64,000 nt of DNA from Candidatus Thermochlorobacter sp. (GTDB lineage Bacteria; Bacteroidota; Chlorobiia; Chlorobiales; Thermochlorobacteraceae), in contig JBKBSK010000001.1 of the NCBI GenBank assembly GCA_046291735.1, forward strand, positions 128,054 through 192,053, in the 5' to 3' direction. The position numbers and the translations under genes were made by a program. The notes beneath the pieces were generated by a model. That model did not search any database and was not told the origin of the DNA. It was given only the letters and a program-made list of their open reading frames with translations. Positions 30,730 to 38,700 of this stretch are shown piece after piece. Within the stretch, counting starts at the first letter, position 1, and each line of letters opens with the position of its first letter.

Positions 30730-31734
30730 ATGAGCAAACCTGCCACTTTGCCGCTTCGTGAAAAACTCAAGGCTCACCTTGAACTTTTAGACCCGATTAC
30801 TTGGGTTGGCGTCTTGCAAGGCATTGTATGTGGTGCAATTGCATCTGGCGCTCTCACACTTAGTCTTGAGAGCATTGGCAAATTTGGGTTACTGACCCTC
30901 CTCTTCGGTCCCCTTGGTACAGGCTTTGCTCAATCGCTCAACGATTACTTCGATCGCGATCTTGATCGTGTCAATGAACCGACGCGCCCTATTCCTTCTG
31001 GTCGACTGACGGAACGCGAAGCGCTGTGGAATTGGATTATTGTTGGCATCATCACACTCGGCGTTGGCATTTTGCTTAGCTCACTTTTGGAGCCCAATCG
31101 CGGTCTGCTGCTCATTGGACTCACCGTATTGGGATTGATTATGGGCTATATTTACTCTGCGCCGCCTATCAAACTTAAAACCAATGTCTTGCTCTCTGCG
31201 CCCAGTGTTGGGCTTACCTACAGTTTTATTACTTGGATTGCAGGAAATATCATTTATGCGGACTTGCGTCCTGAAGTATTGGCTATGGCAATCATCAATG
31301 CACTCGTTGCTATTGGACTCATTTTTCTCAACGACTTCAAGTCTATTGAGGGCGATAGAGCACAAGGCTTAAAATCTCTGCCTGTCATGATTGGTGTGCG
31401 TAATACCTATCTCGTGTCGTTTCTTATTATTGACTTACCGTTGATCTGGTTTGTTTATTTGATGAAAGCATGGGGTTTTGACATTATGTTTTTCTTCTCG
31501 CTTATCTCACTTCTGATTATTATGGCTATGCAAATTGCACTCTACCGCGATCCTGAAGATGGTGCAAAGGCACTTGATGCTGCTATCCAGCAAACTGGTT
31601 TGAAGAATGTGGTTGGACAAAGTGAGACCAAAGCACATCGCTCCTACTTGAGATATTTGGTTGTCAATAATGGGCTCTATGTGCTGAATGTGTTTGCTGC
31701 CTCGTTCTTTATTGCTCAAAAGCCACTTGCATAA
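30730..31734 (+). CDS. (Bacterio)chlorophyll synthase, UbiA family (ChlG/BchG/BchK type)
   Basis: NDYFDRDLDRVNEPTRPIPSG motif, characteristic of chlorophyll synthases, and 8-9 TM helices. Which paralogue it is cannot be decided from sequence alone. Confidence 0.8.
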   Translation: MSKPATLPLREKLKAHLELLDPITWVGVLQGIVCGAIASGALTLSLESIGKFGLLTLLFGPLGTGFAQSLNDYFDRDLDRVNEPTRPIPSGRLTEREALWNWIIVGIITLGVGILLSSLLEPNRGLLLIGLTVLGLIMGYIYSAPPIKLKTNVLLSAPSVGLTYSFITWIAGNIIYADLRPEVLAMAIINALVAIGLIFLNDFKSIEGDRAQGLKSLPVMIGVRNTYLVSFLIIDLPLIWFVYLMKAWGFDIMFFFSLISLLIIMAMQIALYRDPEDGAKALDAAIQQTGLKNVVGQSETKAHRSYLRYLVVNNGLYVLNVFAASFFIAQKPLA

Positions 31735-31795
31735 CGCATGCTGAAGTTGTAAATACACTCTAACTTGCTCTATCAACAAAAACCAACGCATAACC

Positions 31796-32515
31796 ATGCT
31801 GCTGGCTTTTCCGCTCTTCGCAGTGCTTGGGCTTTCGCCTTTTTGGAACAATGTGCTGATTGCCCTCATGATGGTCATTTATGTGTTCAGTTTGGTTGCA
31901 TTGCTCAATTTTTGTGTCGCTAAACTGGGCTTAGCCGCTGACCTTAGCCGAAAAATCACGCACATTGGCGCTGGCTGTCTGGTCTTGTTCCTTGCGCTCT
32001 TCGATGATTCAGATTGGTCGAAGTATCTCAACATCACGATTCTTGTTATCTGGTTTTTCCTACTTATTCAGAAAGGTTTTTTTGCTGATGCCAACGATGA
32101 AGCCGTCAAAACCATGACGCGCACTGGCGACCGCACCGAACTTCTTAAAGGTCCATTTTACTTTGTTATTGTCTCGATTATTTGTGCCACCGTGTTCTAC
32201 AAGACTTTTGCAGGTGTTGCCGCCATGGGTTTTCTTACCTTTGGCGATGGATTAGCACCTGTGGTCGGCACACGCATCGGAAAATTGAAGTATCAGATTT
32301 TTAGCCCGAAAAGTGTTGAGGGTAGCCTGACGATGCTCATTGCTGGCATTCTTGGCGCTATGCTGTTTATCTGGATTGTGTTGCCACAGGAATTTAATCT
32401 TACGCGTATCGCACTGCTTGGCATCGTGGCTACAGTCGCAGAAGGTGCTAGCCCAAAGGAAATTGATAACTTTCTTATCCCTCTTGCTGTCATTGGCGCA
32501 ACATACATCATTTGA
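31796..32515 (+). CDS. Phytol-kinase-like (VTE5 / CTP-dependent isoprenoid-alcohol kinase family) membrane protein
   Basis: SRKITHIGAG and FGDGLAPVVGTRIGK..KSVEGS motifs, a polytopic membrane protein, adjacent to the chlorophyll synthase. Confidence 0.55.
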   Translation: MLLAFPLFAVLGLSPFWNNVLIALMMVIYVFSLVALLNFCVAKLGLAADLSRKITHIGAGCLVLFLALFDDSDWSKYLNITILVIWFFLLIQKGFFADANDEAVKTMTRTGDRTELLKGPFYFVIVSIICATVFYKTFAGVAAMGFLTFGDGLAPVVGTRIGKLKYQIFSPKSVEGSLTMLIAGILGAMLFIWIVLPQEFNLTRIALLGIVATVAEGASPKEIDNFLIPLAVIGATYII

Positions 32516-32675
32516 TTCTTCCCTAAATTACATCGGACATAGCCAGAGCTTGCCTTAATCTCTAATTTTCTTCCCTGCAGCAACTTTACTTTTTTCAGTG
32601 CGTAAGATTTTTGGAAGTTTTTTAACTATAACTACCTTACATTCCTTGCATTGTTCAACTACTTTGTTTGAAACT

Positions 32676-33824
32676 ATGAATACATCTCTGTTTGCGTCTG
32701 CTGCTATCGTTATTTCGTTCTTTATCATCACCTGTGATACTTTGCATGCTCAAACCAAGCCTGCCAAGAAGAAATCCCAAACTGTTGCCCAGCCCCAAAA
32801 AATCGCTCCGACCGAACTTCCTGCCGAAGTCAAGCGCGCCTTTCAAGACGCCTATCCTAATGCCACACTCCTCAGCAGCGTTAGTTTTGTTAGAGATGGT
32901 GCAACTTTCTTCAAACTCTCTACCCTAGATGGCTCCAAAAGCCGTGAGTTGCTTTATACCGCCGATGGGGAGTTGCTGGAATTCACCGAGAGCATCTCTG
33001 CGCTTGAGCTTCCTGAAGCAATCAAAGTCGTACTCCGTGAGGAGCATCCTAACGCATTGATTGTGTCTGCACGCAGAATTGTGAGTGCTGCGCCCACACT
33101 CTATGAAGTCACACTGAAGGTTGGTCAAGAGCAAGAGACAACAGTCTACGACACGAAAGGCAATGTGGTGCGCAAAGTCGACACGCTTCCAAATGCTGTG
33201 CAGCAAGCTTTTCGCACGACCTATCCGAATGCAGAAATTTTGGCGTTCAGAAAGCATGACCGTGAGGGCTTTGTGCGTTGGATTGTTGAAAGCAAAGATG
33301 GCAAAGTTTTCCGAGAAGTGATTTATGCCGAGAATGGTAGCGCAATTAAAATCACGGAAAGCCTCTCACCGCTCGACTTGCCCGAAGCTATCAAAGAAAC
33401 TTTAGCAGATAATTTCACGAGTTCAACTATTGAGCGTGTTAAGCGTACGACCAGCATTGAATATCATGTCGACATTGCCGACAGTCTTGGCAAATCTGAA
33501 CTTGCGCTGGATGCTTCAGGCATGTTGCTAGATCTTCACAGTGATGGTCAGGATGCACAGCCCAACCTTGCTGAAGACACCTTGCAGCTTGGAGCCTCTC
33601 TTGCTGCCGCCTCCAAAGTTGGTGCTACACCCCCTATTCCAGTAAAATTGCCAGAATTGAGCATCGATTCCACAGTCATCGCTGCACCTTTACCCGAAAA
33701 AGCAAAAGTTGATTCAGAGAAAAAAGAAAAGCGCACGATTATTATTCGTCGCTACTATGCGCCTTCTCTTGCTTGGGTGCCCCCTCTTGTGCGCATCTGG
33801 CGACCACGCTGGTTTTGGTGGTAA
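32676..33824 (+). CDS. Secreted protein with repeated PepSY-like (DUF2874-type) modules
   Basis: Signal peptide MNTSLF..LHAQ. Repeated modules are (V)KRAFQDAYPNATLL and VQQAFRTTYPNAEIL, each followed by LPEAIK. Confidence 0.5.
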   Translation: MNTSLFASAAIVISFFIITCDTLHAQTKPAKKKSQTVAQPQKIAPTELPAEVKRAFQDAYPNATLLSSVSFVRDGATFFKLSTLDGSKSRELLYTADGELLEFTESISALELPEAIKVVLREEHPNALIVSARRIVSAAPTLYEVTLKVGQEQETTVYDTKGNVVRKVDTLPNAVQQAFRTTYPNAEILAFRKHDREGFVRWIVESKDGKVFREVIYAENGSAIKITESLSPLDLPEAIKETLADNFTSSTIERVKRTTSIEYHVDIADSLGKSELALDASGMLLDLHSDGQDAQPNLAEDTLQLGASLAAASKVGATPPIPVKLPELSIDSTVIAAPLPEKAKVDSEKKEKRTIIIRRYYAPSLAWVPPLVRIWRPRWFWW

Positions 33825-33850
33825 AGTTTTCTACACATTCCGTATCAATG

Positions 33851-33882
33851 AAGGCTCGGCGTACTGTTGAGCCTTTTTTTTC
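33851..33882 (+). terminator. Rho-independent terminator
   Basis: AAGGCTC-11 nt-GAGCCTT followed by T8. Confidence 0.7.
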
Positions 33883-33978
33883 TTCTTTTTTTGCGCTCTT
33901 GCAAGTTTTTTTTGATTTAGCAAGAAAAAAATTTTTTTCCGTAACCTCTCATTCTAAAAGCACTTAAGCTCTTAACAA

Positions 33979-34023
33979 GCGCTCGAATTATCGATTTCTT
34001 ATCGATTTCTTATTGCGCTCGAA
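33979..34023. repeat. Nested direct repeats upstream of the two-component cluster
   Basis: GCGCTCGAA [TTATCGATTTC]x2 TTATT GCGCTCGAA. This gives two ATCGAT palindromes 11 bp apart. Confidence 0.6.
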
Positions 34024-34101
34024 GGTCTCAAGTGCATTTTTGCAGCATTTCAGCGTGTAGTACTCGCCTAACTTCTTCAATCTAAACTTGCAATTGACGC
34101 T

Positions 34102-35208
34102 ATGATACAGCGACCAGCTAAACTTAAAATCGTCTTTGTCGACGATGAGCCCATGATTCTTGAGGGTTTATCACAACTCTTTGATATGATGTATGATGTA
34201 CAGACGTTTTCTAATGGACAGGATGCTATTAGCTATGTGCGTGAGCATCCAGAGGTTGCTATTGTGGTCAGCGATCAACGCATGCCGGGGCTCAAAGGCA
34301 TTGATGTGCTGAAAGCTATTAAGGACATCTCGCCTGATACAATTCGCATGTTGCTCACAGGTTTTGCTGACGCTGATGCGATACTTGACTCAGTTAATGT
34401 TGGTGAAGTTTTCCGCTATGTCAAAAAGCCGTGGAATCCTGAAGAATTGGTGGCACTGATGTCGCTTGCGGCTACGACCCACCTTGAGCGCAAGAAAGCC
34501 AGAGCCGCTAAAGCAGCAGCTGCTGCACTAGCCAGCCCCCCGCCGCCTGTACCTGAAAGTTTCTCGCTCCAACAGGCAGCACTCTCTGAACTAAAAAAGC
34601 AGCAGTCTGTCGAGGCACAGTTTCTCAATAAACTTGCACAATCTTCTGGCAATCAGATTGAGCGCGCTTTCCATAGTGCAAGCGGTAAACCAAAAATTTT
34701 AGTCGTCGATGATGAGCAAGGTGTGCTGACTGCGCTGTCTCAATTGCTGTCTGATACCTATGAAGTTCTCACAGCCAAATCAGCCGATGAAGCACTCGCA
34801 CTGCTCAAGCAAGATTCTTTTATGACACTGCTATTGACCGACCAAAGAATGCCGAAGAAAACTGGCACAGATTTTCTCATTGAGTCACGTGAGCTTGCGC
34901 CTATGGTACCCAAGATTCTCATCACGGCTTACACCGATGTTGAGGATATCATTCGCCTCATCAATGAAGGTCAAATTTATCGCTATGTGCAAAAGCCGTG
35001 GAATCCTGAAAAACTGCGAGAGCTCATTTCTGAAGCCGTTGAACTTTACCTTCACCAAGTTAAAGCCAAACTTGGCGAAGACGGCAATGCTGCATCTACG
35101 GCTGAGCATGATCATAACAACAGCAATGCACAACACACCACTACAAACCAAACACTCAGCGCACTTGCAGCACTCAGCAAAATGGCTAAGGAAAAATCAT
35201 CAACCTAA
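34102..35208 (+). CDS. Tandem-receiver response regulator (REC-linker-REC, no output domain)
   Basis: Two complete receiver domains. They carry DDE, SDQRMPG / TDQRMPK, LLTG / LITA and KKPW / QKPW. Confidence 0.85.
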   Translation: MIQRPAKLKIVFVDDEPMILEGLSQLFDMMYDVQTFSNGQDAISYVREHPEVAIVVSDQRMPGLKGIDVLKAIKDISPDTIRMLLTGFADADAILDSVNVGEVFRYVKKPWNPEELVALMSLAATTHLERKKARAAKAAAAALASPPPPVPESFSLQQAALSELKKQQSVEAQFLNKLAQSSGNQIERAFHSASGKPKILVVDDEQGVLTALSQLLSDTYEVLTAKSADEALALLKQDSFMTLLLTDQRMPKKTGTDFLIESRELAPMVPKILITAYTDVEDIIRLINEGQIYRYVQKPWNPEKLRELISEAVELYLHQVKAKLGEDGNAASTAEHDHNNSNAQHTTTNQTLSALAALSKMAKEKSST

Positions 35209-35227
35209 ACATCAGGAGAGCGACACT

Positions 35228-38200
35228 ATGCTAACCACAGATGCTCAACCCAATCGTCCCAGCGCCTCAAATGGAAACGGGAACAGCTATCACACCGAAT
35301 CTACCTTTGTTACAAAAGAAGAGTATCTACGCGTCCTGCAAGAGCGTGACATCTTGCTTCAACTTATCGATAACCTGCCCGATAGCATTTATGCCAAAGA
35401 TGCCTCAGGACGCTTTTTGATTTCAAATCGGAAAAACACGGAACTGTTAGGCAAAACAGATGCTAGTGAAGTTATTGGCAAAACAGATTTCGATTTTTAT
35501 GACCGAGAGCTTGCAGAGAAATATCGTCAAGATGAACTTGTGCTGCTTAGCAGCAATCAAGATGCTGTGCACATTGAAGAGCCAAATTTCAACACCACAT
35601 CTGGTGAAAAGCGCTGGATTTTAACGACTAAAGTGGTTCGACGTGATGAGCATGGCACACCAGTGGGGCTATTTGGTATCGGACGCGACATCACGCTAAG
35701 AAAGCAAACCGAAGAAGCCCTGCGTCGGAGTGAAGAGACTTTCCGCAAAACGGCTAACGCGCTGCCCGGCATGATTTACCAAATTCTCTTTCATCCCGAT
35801 GGCAAAATAACTTATCCGTTTGTAAGTGAAGGTAGCCGTGCAATCTACGGGATTGCACCCGAAGTGATTATGCAGGATAGCTCGGTCATCACTAAGATGT
35901 GGCATCCTGACGACGTGGATGAATACATGCGTCGCGTCGAAGAGTGTCGCCGCACCTTGAAGCCCTTCAATATGGATTGTCGCATTATCCTTCCTGATGG
36001 CAAAATCAAGTGGCTTCATGTTCAATCCACCCCGCAATTAGAGCCCGGTGGCTACTTGCGTTTCTACGGCGTGCGTACAGACATCACGGCACAAAAAGAA
36101 ACTGAGACAAAACTGCGTCTGCAACCGCAACAAATGAATGCCGCTGCTGACCTTGCCAAACTCGCCTTCTGGGAAGGTGATGTAAGCAGCCAGACACTCA
36201 TTTTCAATGCTCAAGTCTTCATGCTACTGGGCACCAGCCTTGAAAAGGAAGGCTCTTACGAAATCAGTGTGCAAGATTACCTCGGTCGCTTCGTCCTCGC
36301 TGAAGATGTGCCTATGATGATCTCGAACTTGGAGATGGTTCTATCTGGTAAAGCCCCCATGCGTGGTGAGATCACATATCGCATTCGTCGTGCAGATGAC
36401 GGCAGCATTCGCTACCTCAAAGCCATTTACAACATCATCCGCAATGCAGAGGGCGTTCCTGTCCAGCTTTTCGGTCCGATTCAAGACATCACCGACCAAA
36501 AACAAGCTGAAGAAGCCCTGCGTCAAAGCGAAGAAACTTTCCGCAAAACCGTCAACACGGTACCCAGCGTCATCTACCAACTCAAATTTGAACCTGACGG
36601 TTCGTACTCATATCCTTTCGTCAGCGGTAGATGCAAGGAGCTCTATGAAGTCAGCGCCGAAGAGGCTATGCGTGATGCGAGCGTTCTGACTAAGATGTGG
36701 CACCCTGATGACGTTCAAGAGTACTGGCGACAAATCAAACACACTTTGGACAATCTGGTGCCGCTTGATATTACCGTGCGCATCATTACGCCTTCTGGAA
36801 AGACCAAGTGGGTACGCATCAATTCTCAACCAGAAAAGCAACCTGATGGCAGCATTGTGCTCTACGGTGTACTCACAGACATCACGGCACAAAAAGAAAC
36901 TGAGGCAAAACTGCGTCTGCAACAGCAGCAAATGAATGCCGCTGCTGACCTTGCCAAACTCGCCTTCTGGGAATGCGATTTGAGCCGTCAAACCTTCATT
37001 TTCAATGCTCAAGTCTTCATGCTACTGGGCACCAGCCTTGAAAAGGAAGGCTCTTACGAAATCAGTGTGCAAGATTACCTCGGTCGCTTCGTTCTCGCTG
37101 AAGATGTGCCTGAAATGCTCAGACACTTAGAGATGACTTTATCCAGCAAAGACCTGATGCGTGGCGAGGCAACTTATCGCATTCGTCGTGCAGATGATGG
37201 TAGCATTCGCTATCTCAAGGTGATTTACAACATCATTCGCAATGCAGAGGGCGTTCCTGTCCAGCTTTTCGGTCCGATTCAAGACATCACCGACCAAAAA
37301 CAAGCTGAAGAAGCCTTGCGTCAAAGTGAAGAAAACTTCCGCAAAACGGTCAATGCTGTACCCGGCATGATTTATCAACTTGCGTCTATGCCTGATGGTA
37401 CACTCCAGATGCCTTATGTGAGCAGCGGCAGCCGCACCATTTTTGGTCTTGAGCCTGAAGCCATCATGAATAATCCTATGACATTTTTTGGCACTGTTCA
37501 TCCCGACGATGTTGCCAAAACTCAAGTGGCTGTGGCAGAATCAGCGGCAAACTTATCACCTTTCAGTTATGAAGTGCGCCACATTTTACCCTCAGGCAAT
37601 CAGATTTGGACACGCTATAATGCTCAACCAACTCCCCGTGAAGATGGCTCGATTGTCTGGTACGGGGTGTGTGTTGACATCACTCACCTTAAGGAGCTTG
37701 AGGCTGAACTGCACGCTCGTCTAAAAGAAATTCAGGATACACAAAAGTATCTGATTCAATCGGAGAAGATGTCTGCGCTTGGACAGATGGTGGCTGGCGT
37801 TGCGCATGAGCTTAACACACCGATTGGTTATGCCTCAAACAATGTCTCTATCATTCGCGACCGCTTCAAGAACATCTCTTCCGTGCTGCGTAAAGCTCTC
37901 GAGGCACAGGAATGCATTTACAACAATCAGTTGGAACAAGCCTTTGTCAAGATGCAAGAAGTGTCTAACTCTCCGAACGGGACGCTTGCAGAACTTGACG
38001 AAACGATTCGTCGCACGGATCGGCTTTTTGCAGGCATCTCGTCGGGCTTTGAGCAAATGTCTAATCTTGTCAAGAGCATGCGTAATTTCTCGCGTCTGGA
38101 TGAAGCTGAGATGAAAAAAGCCGATATCAATGAAGGCTTGCGCAATTGTCTTTTGATGATTGGGCATAAACTCAAGGACAAAAACATTGAGCTTATCACG

Positions 38201-38581
38201 GAGTATGGTGACCTTCCCATGGTGGATTGCTATCCGGCACAACTCAATCAGGTGTTTCTCAATCTTATTGATAATGCTATTCATGCGGCTGAAGAGCGAC
38301 CGAATGGTCAAATCTGTGTCAAGAGCTCGCTCGAGCAGGACTACATCATTGTGCGCGTTACTGACAATGGCAAAGGCATTCCGAGACATGTGCAAAGCAA
38401 AATTTTTGATCCCTTCTTTACCACGAAGCCTGTCGGTAAAGGCACAGGACTTGGTCTTTCGATTTGCTACAACATCGTGCAAAAGCACAAAGGTGAGCTT
38501 TACTTTGAGACCGAAGAAGGTGTTGGCACCACTTTCTTTGTGAAAATTCCTGCAGTGGATTTTTTGGACACACAAAGTTAA
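35228..38581 (+). CDS. Cytoplasmic multi-PAS sensor histidine kinase
   Basis: Six PAS-like modules, H-box HELNTPIGY, and the ATPase boxes NLIDNAIHA, DNGKGIP and GKGTGLGLS. No TM segment. AGGAG lies upstream of the ATG at 35228; the ORF-track extension to 34880 overlaps the previous gene. Confidence 0.9.
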   Translation: MLTTDAQPNRPSASNGNGNSYHTESTFVTKEEYLRVLQERDILLQLIDNLPDSIYAKDASGRFLISNRKNTELLGKTDASEVIGKTDFDFYDRELAEKYRQDELVLLSSNQDAVHIEEPNFNTTSGEKRWILTTKVVRRDEHGTPVGLFGIGRDITLRKQTEEALRRSEETFRKTANALPGMIYQILFHPDGKITYPFVSEGSRAIYGIAPEVIMQDSSVITKMWHPDDVDEYMRRVEECRRTLKPFNMDCRIILPDGKIKWLHVQSTPQLEPGGYLRFYGVRTDITAQKETETKLRLQPQQMNAAADLAKLAFWEGDVSSQTLIFNAQVFMLLGTSLEKEGSYEISVQDYLGRFVLAEDVPMMISNLEMVLSGKAPMRGEITYRIRRADDGSIRYLKAIYNIIRNAEGVPVQLFGPIQDITDQKQAEEALRQSEETFRKTVNTVPSVIYQLKFEPDGSYSYPFVSGRCKELYEVSAEEAMRDASVLTKMWHPDDVQEYWRQIKHTLDNLVPLDITVRIITPSGKTKWVRINSQPEKQPDGSIVLYGVLTDITAQKETEAKLRLQQQQMNAAADLAKLAFWECDLSRQTFIFNAQVFMLLGTSLEKEGSYEISVQDYLGRFVLAEDVPEMLRHLEMTLSSKDLMRGEATYRIRRADDGSIRYLKVIYNIIRNAEGVPVQLFGPIQDITDQKQAEEALRQSEENFRKTVNAVPGMIYQLASMPDGTLQMPYVSSGSRTIFGLEPEAIMNNPMTFFGTVHPDDVAKTQVAVAESAANLSPFSYEVRHILPSGNQIWTRYNAQPTPREDGSIVWYGVCVDITHLKELEAELHARLKEIQDTQKYLIQSEKMSALGQMVAGVAHELNTPIGYASNNVSIIRDRFKNISSVLRKALEAQECIYNNQLEQAFVKMQEVSNSPNGTLAELDETIRRTDRLFAGISSGFEQMSNLVKSMRNFSRLDEAEMKKADINEGLRNCLLMIGHKLKDKNIELITEYGDLPMVDCYPAQLNQVFLNLIDNAIHAAEERPNGQICVKSSLEQDYIIVRVTDNGKGIPRHVQSKIFDPFFTTKPVGKGTGLGLSICYNIVQKHKGELYFETEEGVGTTFFVKIPAVDFLDTQS
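35687..37680 (+). repeat. Intragenic tandem duplication, 798-bp period (PAS-A + PAS-B unit, about 2.5 copies)
   Basis: GACATCAC junctions recur at 35687, 36485 and 37283, and at 36080 and 36878. Segments 36080..36560 and 36878..37358 are near-identical at the DNA level. Confidence 0.85.
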
Positions 38582-38700
38582 ACTTTTCTAGTGTGTTATC
38601 TCTAGCCTCTAAGCCCAAGAGCAGCAAGCCTAATGCGGTTTGCTGCTCAGCTTACGAGGTGTTTGTATAAAAAATTTTAGCAACAAAGCACCGCAAGAAT

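Noticed and set aside
35687-37680. The 798-bp repeat considered as a mobile element, or as a DGR template/variable repeat pair.
   Set aside because: The repeats are in frame inside one gene and encode PAS domains. No terminal inverted repeats, transposase or reverse transcriptase are present. Substitutions are not adenine-specific.
37835-38575. 246-aa ORF antisense to the histidine-kinase catalytic region. Similar long antisense ORFs occur at 20009..20572, 9917..10435, 24869..25348, 44347..44886 and 46342..46794.
   Set aside because: Each lies entirely within a strongly supported gene on the other strand or frame. Each has a low-complexity or Cys/Arg/Ser-rich composition and no recognisable motif or ribosome-binding site. 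They are typical shadow ORFs.
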